DNA from: an uncultured Chloroflexia bacterium
Lineage (GTDB): Bacteria > Chloroflexota > Anaerolineae > CG2-30-64-16
NCBI GenBank assembly: GCA_963810095.1
Contig: CAWEMM010000009.1
Coordinates: 384,001-448,000 of the forward strand
Direction of reading: 5' to 3'
DNA: 64,000 nt
Both the position numbers and the translations under genes were made by a program. This document shows, piece after piece, positions 30,661-40,502 of the stretch. A model generated the notes under the pieces. The model worked only from the letters and a program-made list of their open reading frames with translations, was not told the origin of the DNA and ran no database searches. Numbering within the stretch: the stretch's first letter is position 1; the number at the start of each line of letters is the position of its first letter.

Positions 30661-31465
30661 AGGCTCGCATCGTCCACACATCGTTCTGGTACTTGTCGCG
30701 CACGAGCTCGAGAGTCCAGGCCCGCTCCTGCTCGGTCAGCTCGCCCGCCACCAGCTCGATGCCCAGCGCCTCGGCCATGCCCGCTGTGAGAGCCTCGACC
30801 GCCTCTTCGTAGCGCACCACCCGGCCCAGGAGTTCCTCGACCGTGGCGGCATGTCCCTGTAACGACGCGCGTAGGGCCTCGCGTTCCGCCTCATCCTCAA
30901 AGTAGAGGCAGTCCACCACCCGGGTCAGGTCGCCCACCAGGGGCAGCGAGCCGTGCTGAAGCACGGAGGAGCTGCGCCGGGCCTGCGCGCTGCCGAGCAC
31001 CTTGCGAGTGCCCGACACGATCTCGTAGGCCGAGGGCACCTCGAAGCAGGCCGCAGACACGTCTGGCCCCGCACGGTTCGTGCCGGGCGCCTCCTGTGCC
31101 TCGATCCCCAGGCGCTGCAACCCGGCGACCAGGCCGTGACTGATGCGAAGGTAGCTGTCGAGTACGTACCCTTGCATGAGCGGATCGTCGGGCGCGGCGA
31201 CGATGGAGTAGGTCATCTCGTCGGTATGGAGGATGGCACGCCCTCCCGTCGGCCGGCGCACGACCTCGTAGCCGCGGGCGGCGCACCGGGCGAGGTCCAC
31301 GCCAGACGCGGCCTGGTTCCGGCCCAACGAGACACAGGGCGGGTCCCACGCATAGAAGCGCAGGGTGGGTGGGACGAGCCGTGCAGCAATTGCCTGGCTG
31401 ATCGCCTCGTCCACCGCCATGTTATGCGCGCCCGGCGCGGCCCGGTCAACAATCAAACGCCACAC
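30659..31465 (-). CDS. Lipoate-protein ligase/octanoyltransferase (LipM/LplA family)
   Basis: 'NMAVDEA', 'VRRPTGGRAILH', 'KVLGSAQ', 'LQHGS'. Confidence 0.9.
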   Translation of the reverse strand: MWRLIVDRAAPGAHNMAVDEAISQAIAARLVPPTLRFYAWDPPCVSLGRNQAASGVDLARCAARGYEVVRRPTGGRAILHTDEMTYSIVAAPDDPLMQGYVLDSYLRISHGLVAGLQRLGIEAQEAPGTNRAGPDVSAACFEVPSAYEIVSGTRKVLGSAQARRSSSVLQHGSLPLVGDLTRVVDCLYFEDEAEREALRASLQGHAATVEELLGRVVRYEEAVEALTAGMAEALGIELVAGELTEQERAWTLELVRDKYQNDVWTMRA

Positions 31466-31494
31466 AAATACCTCGCGTTATTGAGGTTCTCGTT

Positions 31495-31582
31495 CACACG
31501 AAGAACCAAAGAACACAAAGTCGCACAAAGAGGGATCAAAAAGCCTTTGTGAGCCTTGGTGTTCTTCGGTTCTTCCTGTTGC
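31495..31582. repeat. Family B periodic palindrome (CACAAAG/CTTTGTG units)
   Basis: 'cacgaagaa ccaaagaa cacaaag..cacaaag' ... 'ctttgtg..cttggtg ttcttcgg ttcttc'. Confidence 0.7.
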
Positions 31583-31584
31583 CG

Positions 31585-32697
31585 TTACTGCTCCCAGAGC
31601 AGGTACTTGCCGTCCTTGGCGAACAGCTCGCCGTCGACCGTCACCTCGCCCCCGCGGCGCAGATCGCAGAGCATGTCCCAGTGGATGGCCGACCGGTTGG
31701 TGGAGCCGGTCTCGGGATAGCCCGCGCCGAACGCCATGTGAACCGTGCCGCCGATCTTCTCGTCGAAGAGCATGTTCTTGATGAAGCGCTGGATGCCGAA
31801 ATTGGTGCCGAACGCGAACTCGCCCAGCCGCCGGCTGCCCTCATCCGTGGTCAGAATCTTGGTCAGGAACTCCTCGTTCTTGGCCGCGGTCCACTTGACC
31901 GCCACGCCGTCTTCGAACCACACCTGGACGCCCGCAACCTCGCGGCCCCCATAAATGGCCGGGAAGCTGAAGGAGACATGCCCGTTGATCTTCGTCTCTT
32001 CCGGCCCGGTAAACACCTCGCCGTCCGGCATGTTCTTGTCGCCTTCGCAGTTGACGAACGACCGGCCCTCGATGCCCACGGTGATGTCGGTGCCTTCGCC
32101 CACCAGGTGGACTTCCTTCTTGCCCTTGAGATAGTCAATCAGCATCTGCTGCTTGCGGCCGACTTCCTGCCACGCTGCGACCGGGTCGGGCTGGTCGCAC
32201 AGGCACGCGCCGTAGACGAAATCCTCGAAGTCGCTCAGCGACATCTCGGCGTCCTGGGCGTACGCGTCCGTCGGGAACATACACACGTTCCAGCGGAGCT
32301 CGCCGGCCGCGCTGCGTTGCATGAAGGTCTGCATTAACTTGCCCAGGGCTGCGCCCCGCAGCGCCTGCTTCGCCGGGTCCACTGCAGAGAGTTCCCTGGT
32401 GTTTACGGCGCTGGCGATGGAAACCCGAATGTCGAACGTCTCGACCGCCAACTTGTACGGCTCGGGAACCCACTGTAGCTGCTCATCCGAACCGGATTCG
32501 TAGAGAATCGGGTCCATGCCGGGGAGCATGACGACGGGGAAGACATGGGCTCCGCACTTAAGAAACGCCCGGTACAACTCCTGGATCAAGGGTGCGGCGA
32601 CGGGGCCGGCTTGAATGTATACCTTGTCGCCCTTTTTGGTCTGCACCGAGTACTCGGCAATGAGTCGGGCCAGCTTTGAAAGACGTGGGTCAGCCAT
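31585..32697 (-). CDS. Aminopeptidase, M29 (AmpS/aminopeptidase T) family
   Basis: 'NMPDGEVFT', 'LGEFAFG', 'LFDEKIGGTVHMAFG', 'SAIHWD'. Confidence 0.93.
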   Translation of the reverse strand: MADPRLSKLARLIAEYSVQTKKGDKVYIQAGPVAAPLIQELYRAFLKCGAHVFPVVMLPGMDPILYESGSDEQLQWVPEPYKLAVETFDIRVSIASAVNTRELSAVDPAKQALRGAALGKLMQTFMQRSAAGELRWNVCMFPTDAYAQDAEMSLSDFEDFVYGACLCDQPDPVAAWQEVGRKQQMLIDYLKGKKEVHLVGEGTDITVGIEGRSFVNCEGDKNMPDGEVFTGPEETKINGHVSFSFPAIYGGREVAGVQVWFEDGVAVKWTAAKNEEFLTKILTTDEGSRRLGEFAFGTNFGIQRFIKNMLFDEKIGGTVHMAFGAGYPETGSTNRSAIHWDMLCDLRRGGEVTVDGELFAKDGKYLLWEQ

Positions 32698-32715
32698 GAC
32701 GGATGAAATCCTTTC

Positions 32716-33729
32716 TCAGTTTACGGCGTTAGGAATGAAGGGCAGACCCCGGACGGTCGCCTTCACGGTTTGTTCTTCGAACACAACTTCGACCTGTGTG
32801 CCGGGCTGTGCCAGCTCGCGCGGGACGACGGCAAGGGCAATGATCTTGGCCAAGGTGGGCGAGTAGGCCGCGCTGCCCACAAAGCCACCCCGCCCCGGGC
32901 CGAGCACGCGCGCATTAAGAAACCTGGTTTCTGCACGAAGCCTGGTTTCCGCGTCCGCAAGCTCCAGCCCAACCAGGTTACGGGTGACCTTGTCGTAGTT
33001 GGTCTGGCGGGCGATGACCTCCTGGCCGGTGTAGCAGCCTTTTGTGAAGCTGATGGCCGGGAGCAGACCCGTCTCGAGCGGGGTGACCTGGTCGCTCAGC
33101 TCGCGCTCCCACAGCGGCAGGCCGGCCTCGATCCGAAGCACGTCGGCGGTCTCGCCGTCGAGCTGCGGCATGGTCGCCGCGAGGGCGTCGTGGACGAGTT
33201 GATAGTCCTCAGCCCGCGCCTCCAGCAACCAGCCGAAGGGCTGGAGCGGGCCGCCACGCTGCACCGAGACGGGTGCACCTTCGACCGTAGCAGTGCGCCA
33301 GCCGTAAGCGGGCAGCTCTGAAACATCGCCGGCCAGCGACGTCAGGACCGCGGGGGCTTCCGGTCCATAGAGGGCAAACTGGACGAAGCTCGCGCTCAGG
33401 TCGGCAACCTCCGCCTGGTCTTGCCAAAAGATCATGCTCTGCAGGTAACGCGCCACGCCGGGGCCCTGGCGCCGCATGGTGCGAACGAAAACCTCGTCCT
33501 GGCCCGCGCACACGATCAGGAAGGCCATCACTCGGCCCATCGCGTTTGCCAGCACCGTGGGCGCGCCCTCGCCCGGCTGAAGCTTCTTCACGTCGTTCGT
33601 CGAGATGCGGTGCAGCAGGTCCAGGCGGTCGCGGCCGGTCAGGCGGACCACGCCCAATTCGGCCGGTTCGGCGAACGCAGCCCGCTCGTGAGCCGCGTGA
33701 TAGGCGGCAAGCCGTTGTTCGTCAATCAT
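32716..33729 (-). CDS. ygfZ: YgfZ/GcvT-like folate-binding protein
   Basis: Signature 'KGCYTGQE'. Confidence 0.85.
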   Translation of the reverse strand: MIDEQRLAAYHAAHERAAFAEPAELGVVRLTGRDRLDLLHRISTNDVKKLQPGEGAPTVLANAMGRVMAFLIVCAGQDEVFVRTMRRQGPGVARYLQSMIFWQDQAEVADLSASFVQFALYGPEAPAVLTSLAGDVSELPAYGWRTATVEGAPVSVQRGGPLQPFGWLLEARAEDYQLVHDALAATMPQLDGETADVLRIEAGLPLWERELSDQVTPLETGLLPAISFTKGCYTGQEVIARQTNYDKVTRNLVGLELADAETRLRAETRFLNARVLGPGRGGFVGSAAYSPTLAKIIALAVVPRELAQPGTQVEVVFEEQTVKATVRGLPFIPNAVN

Positions 33730-33885
33730 GGGGCGGAATTATAGCATTTGTGTCAAGCACGAGCCATCGGGCGCCGCGCCCGCGCATCACACAGCCGGAA
33801 TAGCCGGGTTCGCTGGCCCCGTTGCGCCCGCCGGCCTCATTGCACCGGCGCACTCTTACTGCTAGAATCGCTGTGGGGGCTTATC

Positions 33886-34548
33886 ATGAACGAGACGGTA
33901 GCGTGGCCGGGACCTGCCGATATCGAGTATCAGAGCGAGGCCCAGGCCGGCGGCTTCGGCCAAACCCTGGCAAGTTTCCTCAAGTTTCTGGACCTGCCCT
34001 TGGGCGGGGTTGTGCTTGACGTGGGCACCGGTCCGGGTCTGGCAGTGCGACTGCTCGCGGGCAGGATGCGTTTCGTGGTCGGCAGCGACCTATCGCCCAC
34101 CATGCTGGACCATCCGCGGGGGCTCTCGGCCGGTAGTGACCCGTTCGCCGGCGCCTGGGTGACGTCCGACGCGCTTCGCTTGCCCTTCGCCCGCGGCACG
34201 TTCGACGCGGTCCTCGCCACCAATCTGCTATTCCTCCTGTCCGATCCCGGGCAGGGCGTTGCCGAGTTAGCACGTGTCGTGCATCCCGGTGGAACGGTTG
34301 GCTGGTTGAATCCCTCTGCCGAACTGAACCGGGCCAGCGCGGCGGCGTTCGCCGACGAGCGAGGGCTCACCGGCTTCGGACGTTTTTCGCTCATCAATTA
34401 CGGCCGTATTGCCGAGCAGTACCACCGCCTGAGCGACGAACAGTGGGCCGCCAGCGCGGGCGAATGCGGCCTGGGCGATGTGCGGGTGGAGCGCCGGGGC
34501 GGAGGGCTGATGACGATTCTCAAGGGAAGGAAGCGCCAGGATGGCTGA
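33886..34548 (+). CDS. Class I SAM-dependent methyltransferase
   Basis: 'VLDVGTGPG', 'DALRLPF..FDAV'. Confidence 0.85.
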   Translation: MNETVAWPGPADIEYQSEAQAGGFGQTLASFLKFLDLPLGGVVLDVGTGPGLAVRLLAGRMRFVVGSDLSPTMLDHPRGLSAGSDPFAGAWVTSDALRLPFARGTFDAVLATNLLFLLSDPGQGVAELARVVHPGGTVGWLNPSAELNRASAAAFADERGLTGFGRFSLINYGRIAEQYHRLSDEQWAASAGECGLGDVRVERRGGGLMTILKGRKRQDG

Positions 34549-35893
34549 TCCACTTCTCTCGGGCAAGAAAGTGATCCTCGGGGTCACCGGCGGGATCGCG
34601 GCATACAAGGCCGCTGACCTGTGCAGCAAGCTGGTGCAGGCCGGGGCGCAGGTGGACGTGGTCCTGACCGACGCGGCGGCCCGCTTCATCGCGCCGCTGA
34701 CCTTCGCCGCGCTGAGCGGACGGGCAGCGCGGGTCGACATGTGGACCTCCCCGGGCGGCGAGCCGATTCCGCACGTCCAGATGGCGGCCGAGGCCGACTT
34801 GGTGATCGTCGCGCCGCTTAGCGCAAACACCCTGGCCAAGCTGGCGCTGGGCCTGGCGGACAACCTGCTCACGGCCACGCTCCTTGCGACGCCGGTGAGG
34901 TCGAGCGGGGGCGGTTTGGAACGCGCAGAGGGTTTGGAACGCGAAGGCGCGAGGGTGGATGAAGGGCCGAAGAGAGCGCGAAGCACGGAGCGCAAAGGGC
35001 GCGAAGCACGCGAAGCCGGCGTACCGTGGGTGCTGGCGCCGGCCATGGAATCGCACATGTGGAGCAACCCGGTGACGCAGGCTCACATGGCGGCGCTGGC
35101 CGCACGGGGCGCGGTGCAGGTCGGGCCGGGGGTCGGGCGGCTGGCCTCGGGTGCATCGGGCGCGGGGCGAATGGCCGAGCCGGCGGAAATCCTGGCCGCG
35201 GCGCGGCTGGCCTTGGCCGCGGGCGGTCCTCTGGCGGGGCGGCAAGTCGTCGTCACCGCCGGCGGCACGCAGGAGCCGCTCGACCCCGTGCGTTACATAA
35301 CGAACGCTTCGTCTGGCAAGATGGGGGTGGCGCTGGCCGAGGCGGCGCGCGATCTGGGCGCGCAGGTTGCCCTGGTGCACGCGCCCCTTGCCGTGCCCGT
35401 GCCGTTCGGCGTCGAGAGCGTGAAGGTGCGGACGGCGTTGGAAATGTGCGAAGCGGTGCTGGGCCGGCTGGGGCAGACCGACGTCCTGATTGGTGCGGCT
35501 GCCGTCGCGGATTTTCGCCCCGCCGAGCCGGCCAGTCAGAAGATCAAGAAGACGCCGGGTCAGGATGAGCTGACCGTGCGGCTGGTGCGGAATCCCGATA
35601 TCCTGGGGGAGGTGGCCCGACGGCGCGCCGGGGGCGACGGGCCGAAGGCAGTGATCGGCTTCGCAGCCGAGACCCAGGACCTCATCGAGAATGCCGCGGC
35701 GAAGCTGGCGGCAAAGAAGCTCGACATCATCGTTGCGAACGACGTGACCGAGGCGGGCAGCGGCTTCGGCGCCGACGATAACCGGGTGACGCTCCTGTAT
35801 GCGGGCGGGAGGCGCGAATCGTTGCCTATCATGTCCAAGGGCGACGTCGCCCGCCGGGTGCTCGAAGCGGTGTTGCCCTTGTTGGAGAAGTGA
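34541..35893 (+). CDS. coaBC: Bifunctional phosphopantothenoylcysteine decarboxylase/ligase, with an in-frame repeat-derived insertion
   Basis: 'GVTGGIAAYK', 'APAME', 'TAGGTQEPLDPVRYITNASSGKMG', 'AAAVADF', 'GFAAET'. Confidence 0.95.
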   Translation: MADPLLSGKKVILGVTGGIAAYKAADLCSKLVQAGAQVDVVLTDAAARFIAPLTFAALSGRAARVDMWTSPGGEPIPHVQMAAEADLVIVAPLSANTLAKLALGLADNLLTATLLATPVRSSGGGLERAEGLEREGARVDEGPKRARSTERKGREAREAGVPWVLAPAMESHMWSNPVTQAHMAALAARGAVQVGPGVGRLASGASGAGRMAEPAEILAAARLALAAGGPLAGRQVVVTAGGTQEPLDPVRYITNASSGKMGVALAEAARDLGAQVALVHAPLAVPVPFGVESVKVRTALEMCEAVLGRLGQTDVLIGAAAVADFRPAEPASQKIKKTPGQDELTVRLVRNPDILGEVARRRAGGDGPKAVIGFAAETQDLIENAAAKLAAKKLDIIVANDVTEAGSGFGADDNRVTLLYAGGRRESLPIMSKGDVARRVLEAVLPLLEK

Positions 35894-35905
35894 AGGAAGG
35901 TTCGC

Positions 35906-36103
35906 ATGGCACGTGTGAAGCCGGTCGAGTTGTTCGACCATTTCAACCCACAGATGCGAGCGGCGCTCGACGAGGCCATCGGCAAGGCCTTGCCCGACGC
36001 CGACCTGGACAAGCGAATGCTGTACCTGGAGTTCCGGTTGGCCCTGAACAAGAAGGTCAAGCAGTGGGAGAACGTGCCCAACTCGGCCGTGGATTCGGAC
36101 TAA
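35906..36103 (+). CDS. Small hypothetical protein
   Basis: GGAAGG RBS, high-GC3 codon usage, 65 aa. Confidence 0.65.
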   Translation: MARVKPVELFDHFNPQMRAALDEAIGKALPDADLDKRMLYLEFRLALNKKVKQWENVPNSAVDSD

Positions 36104-36136
36104 GTGCAACCAAGGAGAAAGTGCGCGATGTCCCGG

Positions 36137-36254
36137 CGTCCTTCGACTGCGGCCCCTGACGGGGCCTCCGCTCAGGATGCCTGCGTGCGCTTACAAGGCG
36201 CATCCTGAGCGGAGCGAGCGCCAGCGCAGCTGGCGGAGCGAAGTCGAAGGAGCG
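36137..36254. repeat. REP-like palindrome (CCTTCGAC...CTCAGGATG / CATCCTGAG...GTCGAAGG)
   Basis: Nested inverted repeats in an intergenic region. Confidence 0.7.
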
Positions 36255-36432
36255 CCGGCATCCAGCAGTTTCACTTTGTTTGTACTTAAACGAGTCGCAG
36301 CGTGAAAATGTCCGCTGGGGCCGGTCTCTGACCGTGCCCCCTGGCTCGGGCGCCAGCTCCGCTGGCGTAGCAGACCGGCCAGAGCAATTTCGCCTGGCGC
36401 TTGGTTTGGGTCGTTTTGCGAAGGGGTGAGCT

Positions 36433-37305
36433 ATGTCCGACCAGCCGATGGCGGGGATTCGGGTCGTCTCGCTCGCGGTCAACCTGCCGGGCCCGTTGAC
36501 CGCAGCACGCTACGTGGAGCTCGGGGCACACGTCACGAAGATCGTGCCGCCCGGCGGCGACCCGCTGCAGTGGGTCAGCCCGGAGTGGCATGACAACCTG
36601 AAAGAGGACCAGGAAGTTCTGACGCTGGACCTCAAGTCGGAGGCGGGGCAGGCGCAGTTGGCCCAGCTTCTCTGCGACACCGACCTCTTGCTCACTGCGA
36701 CCCGGCCCGCAGCGCTGGCGCGGCTCGGGCTCGACTGGGATACGCTCCATGCGAACTACCCGAAGCTGTGCCAGGTGGCAATCGTCGGCTACGGCCCGCC
36801 CGACGAGAATCGAGCCGGACACGATCTGACCTACCAGGCGAGCGCGGGAATGCTCGAGTTGCCCGCTGGTTCGGGCGCACAGCCCGCGTTCCCGCGCATC
36901 CCACTGGCCGACTATGCCGGTTCGGAGCGGGCCGTCAGCGCGGCGCTGGCCCTACTTTGGGCCCGTGACCGGACCGGGGCGGGCGGCCTCGACGTGGTAT
37001 CGATGGTGGACGCGCTCCGACCCTACGCGCACGCGTTGTGTTACGGCTTGCTGGCGCCTGGCACGCTGCTCGGCGGCGCCTCGCCCCTGTACGGGCTCTA
37101 CCGCACGCGCGACGGCTGGGTTGCCCTGGCCGCGCTCGAGCCGCACTTTCGCGAACGCATCAAGGCCGGGCTTGGCATCGAGAGCCTGACAGGCGCGGCG
37201 CTGGGTGCCGCATTCGCCACCCGCACTTCGGCCGAATGGGACCAGTGGGCCAAGGCTCAGGATGTGCCGATGTCGGCAGTGTACGATCCGGTCTGCCCGA
37301 AATAG
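36433..37305 (+). CDS. Class III CoA-transferase (CaiB/BaiF family)
   Basis: 'LAVNLPGP', 'LDLKS', 'RPAALARLGL', 'AGHDLTY'. Confidence 0.9.
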   Translation: MSDQPMAGIRVVSLAVNLPGPLTAARYVELGAHVTKIVPPGGDPLQWVSPEWHDNLKEDQEVLTLDLKSEAGQAQLAQLLCDTDLLLTATRPAALARLGLDWDTLHANYPKLCQVAIVGYGPPDENRAGHDLTYQASAGMLELPAGSGAQPAFPRIPLADYAGSERAVSAALALLWARDRTGAGGLDVVSMVDALRPYAHALCYGLLAPGTLLGGASPLYGLYRTRDGWVALAALEPHFRERIKAGLGIESLTGAALGAAFATRTSAEWDQWAKAQDVPMSAVYDPVCPK

Positions 37306-37339
37306 ACGTTCAAACTGCGTTGCGGGCCACGAGGCGTGA

Positions 37340-37435
37340 AATTGGACGCTGATTGAACGGATCCGAATGATTATCACGATCTTTTCCTGGGGGACAGAGC
37401 GGATCAGTTCAATCAGTTGCATCAGCGTCCCGTTT
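37340..37435. repeat. Family A periodic palindrome
   Basis: AATTGGACGCTGAT ... GGATCAGTTCAATCAGTTGCATCAGCGTCCCGTT. Confidence 0.75.
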
Positions 37436-37504
37436 CATCCATCGTTGCCCTGACAACGCGGGGGCGAACGTCCATTTCCGATCGGGTCAGGGGGAAGGCA
37501 AACG

Positions 37505-38506
37505 ATGAACTCAACCCTTACGGCTGTCCCCGGCATCAAGGTCGGTCATGCGGAGGACCGCGGCGGCATGACGGGCTGCACGGCCATCCTGTGCGAGGGC
37601 GGCGCGGTGGGCGGGGTCGACCAGCGCGGGGGTGCGCCCGGCACGCGTGAAACCGATCTGCTGCGGCCCATGCACCTGGTCACGCAAGTGCACGCGGTCG
37701 TGCTCGCCGGCGGCAGTGCGTTCGGCTTGGCCGCCGCGGACGGCGTCGTGCGTTACCTGCGCGAGCGCAACGTCGGGTACAAGACCGGCAAGATACGGGT
37801 TCCGATTGTGCCGGCCGCCATCTTGTTCGACCTGGGCATTGGCAGCGCGGACGTATTTCCCGATGCGGAGATGGGCTATCGGGCGGCGGTAGCCGCGACG
37901 GCGGCGCCGGTCGTGGAGGGGAATGCCGGAGCGGGCATGGGGTGCAGCGCGGGCAAGATCCTGGGGCCCGGACACGCGACCAAGACCGGCCTCGGCAGCG
38001 CAGCCGTGTCGCTCGGCGCCGGGCTGGTCGTCGCCGCTCTCATTGCCGTCAATCCGTTCGGCGACGTCGTGGACGAGCACGGTAACATCATCGCCGGCAC
38101 ACGGCGCAACGGAGCGTTCGTGAACACGCTCGACATGATGCGGTCTGTCACCGGGCGGTTGGCCCTGCGGGTAGGCGGCGCCACGGTGATCGGCGTGGTC
38201 GCAACCAACGCAAAACTGAACAAAGAACAGGCAAACAAGATGGCGCAGATGGCCCACGATGGACTGGGGCGCAGCATCCGCCCTGCACACACCATGTTCG
38301 ACGGCGACACCATCTTTAGCCTGGCGACGGGCCAGGTGCGGGCAAGCCCCACGCTGGTGGGCGCGTATGCCGCGGAAGTAGTGGCCGCAGCCATCGTCCG
38401 GGCCGCTCGCGCCGCCGAAGCCGCCGGCGGCCTGCCGGCCGGGGTTGCCGACGCGGCGCAGCGGATACGCGCCGAATCGTCCGAGGGCAATTTGCCCGCC
38501 AACTAA
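37505..38506 (+). CDS. P1 (S58/DmpA) family peptidase
   Basis: 'GIKVGH', 'RGGAPGTRET', 'GGSAFGL', 'HTMFDGD'. Confidence 0.9.
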   Translation: MNSTLTAVPGIKVGHAEDRGGMTGCTAILCEGGAVGGVDQRGGAPGTRETDLLRPMHLVTQVHAVVLAGGSAFGLAAADGVVRYLRERNVGYKTGKIRVPIVPAAILFDLGIGSADVFPDAEMGYRAAVAATAAPVVEGNAGAGMGCSAGKILGPGHATKTGLGSAAVSLGAGLVVAALIAVNPFGDVVDEHGNIIAGTRRNGAFVNTLDMMRSVTGRLALRVGGATVIGVVATNAKLNKEQANKMAQMAHDGLGRSIRPAHTMFDGDTIFSLATGQVRASPTLVGAYAAEVVAAAIVRAARAAEAAGGLPAGVADAAQRIRAESSEGNLPAN

Positions 38507-38597
38507 CCCGTTCATCCGGTGCGGCAGAGCCGCCGGTCTTTGCATACGTTGGTTTAAATGCTAACATCGCCGCAGCACATCAGGCACGGGGAGCAGT

Positions 38598-39275
38598 ATG
38601 ACCGAGAAGATCTTGCTTGTCGACGACGAGCCGACGCTGCTGGCTACGCTGGCGCTGAACCTGCGCGCCAGCGGCTATGACGTCATCACGGCTCCCGACG
38701 GCGCAGCAGCCCTGGAAATTGCGAAGGCCGAAGCGCCCGACCTGATCGTGCTCGACCTGATGATGCCCGAACTGGATGGGCTGACCGTCTGTCGGACGCT
38801 GCGTCAGGTGTCAGATACCCCCATTCTTGTCCTCACCGCCCGCACAGGCGAGCTTGACAAGATCATTGGCCTCGAGAGCGGCGCAGACGACTACATGACG
38901 AAGCCCTTCAGCCTGGGCGAACTCCAGGCGCGCCTGCGCGCACTGCTGCGTCGCGCAGGACCCCGGCGCACGAGCGACGAAATCAGGTCCGAAGACCTCA
39001 TGCTGAACCTCGTCAGCCGCCGTGCCTTTTTGGGCGATAAGGAACTGGTGCTCAGCCCCAAGGAATTCAGTCTCCTGGCCGAGTTGATGCGCCATCAGGG
39101 CGCTGTTCTCTCGCGCGATTTGTTGTTGACCCGGGTGTGGGGATATGACTTTTACGGGGACAGCCGGACCGTGGATGTCCATGTGCGGTGGCTGCGTGAG
39201 AAGATCGAAGACAACCCCTCCCAGCCGAGCCGGATAACGACGGTGCGCGGCATCGGCTATCGCTTCGAAGGCTGA
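38598..39275 (+). CDS. OmpR/PhoB-family response regulator (PhoP/PhoB-like)
   Basis: REC domain plus winged helix 'RTVDVHVRWLREK..TVRGIGY'. Located near pho/pst genes. Confidence 0.92.
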   Translation: MTEKILLVDDEPTLLATLALNLRASGYDVITAPDGAAALEIAKAEAPDLIVLDLMMPELDGLTVCRTLRQVSDTPILVLTARTGELDKIIGLESGADDYMTKPFSLGELQARLRALLRRAGPRRTSDEIRSEDLMLNLVSRRAFLGDKELVLSPKEFSLLAELMRHQGAVLSRDLLLTRVWGYDFYGDSRTVDVHVRWLREKIEDNPSQPSRITTVRGIGYRFEG

Positions 39276-39281
39276 CCCGGC

Positions 39282-40460
39282 GTGACGAGCCTGGACCTCG
39301 CGTTTTTGCTTGCCCTGGTGGCGCTGACCGGCGTGATCGTCGCGCTGGGCGTCGACTTGCGCCGGGCCCGGCAGCAGGGGCTCGCGGCGTACGCCGCTCG
39401 TGCTGAGGCTGTCGCCGTGCGCGGCGCACTCGAGGCGCGCCTGCAGCGCGGCCAGGAACACCTCGATGCCCTGGGCGAATCGACCTCCGACGCGCTGGTG
39501 CTCCTCGACGACAACCGGCAGGTGGTGTGGGCTAACCAGGCCACTTGGGATCTGTTCAGCGGCGGCCAGCCCTCCATCGGGCAGCCCTTCATTGCGCTGA
39601 TCCGTGACTTCGAGCTTAACCAAGCCTTGACCGACGCATTGGCCGGGCACCGGGCGATGATGCGGCAGGCCGGGGTGGGCGAACGCACCCTCCGGATTTG
39701 GGTTACGCCGGTGCAGATCGTCCAGGGCAGCACAGTCGATGGGGCCGCAGTGGGCATCGAGGATGTGACCGAGCTCCAGCGGCTGGGACGTGCGCGGCGC
39801 GATTTCGTCGCCAACCTCTCCCACGAAATCCGCACACCACTTTCGAACATTGACCTCGCCGCTCAGACGCTGCGAAGTGCTGGCGAACGCGACGCGGAGC
39901 TGACCCGCCGCATGCTGGATCAGATACAGGTGCAGGTGCAAATTCTCAGTCAACTGAGCCAGGAGATGATGGAACTGGCGCAGATCGAGTCGGGCCAGGT
40001 GCTGCTCAAGCTGGAAAGCGCGGAGCTCGAGCCCATGGTGCGCCGTGTCGTCACCAACCTCATGCCACAGGCTGAGATGAAGCAGCAGCAGCTGGCGGTC
40101 CTCGTGCCGGCCGGCCTGACCGCGCTCATCGACGAGGCGGCGATCGGCCGTGTGATCAACAACCTGGTCCACAATGCGATCAAGTTCACGCCCGTCGGTG
40201 GCATCGTCACCGTGACTGCCGAGGCGAGCGGCGAAGACGTCCAGATATCCGTCGCCGACAACGGCCCAGGGATACCCAAGGAAGACCAGTCCCGCGTCTT
40301 CGAGCGGTTCTACAAAGCGGATCGTGCGCGCAGCCGGGGCGGCACGGGGTTGGGCCTGGCGATCGCCCGGCACATCGTTGAAGGACACGGCGGGCAGATA
40401 TGGGTTGCGAGCACGCCCGGCAAGGGCGCGACCTTTTGCTTCACCGTGCCCAGGGCTTAA
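39282..40460 (+). CDS. phoR: PhoR-like sensor histidine kinase (TM-PAS-HisKA-HATPase)
   Basis: 'DFVANLSHEIRTP', 'NLVHNAIKF', 'FERFYK.D.AR..GGTGLGL'. Confidence 0.82.
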   Translation: MTSLDLAFLLALVALTGVIVALGVDLRRARQQGLAAYAARAEAVAVRGALEARLQRGQEHLDALGESTSDALVLLDDNRQVVWANQATWDLFSGGQPSIGQPFIALIRDFELNQALTDALAGHRAMMRQAGVGERTLRIWVTPVQIVQGSTVDGAAVGIEDVTELQRLGRARRDFVANLSHEIRTPLSNIDLAAQTLRSAGERDAELTRRMLDQIQVQVQILSQLSQEMMELAQIESGQVLLKLESAELEPMVRRVVTNLMPQAEMKQQQLAVLVPAGLTALIDEAAIGRVINNLVHNAIKFTPVGGIVTVTAEASGEDVQISVADNGPGIPKEDQSRVFERFYKADRARSRGGTGLGLAIARHIVEGHGGQIWVASTPGKGATFCFTVPRA

Positions 40461-40502
40461 GCACAACCGCAGGAAAATCACCAGCGGATGCCTGATAGAC
40501 GG

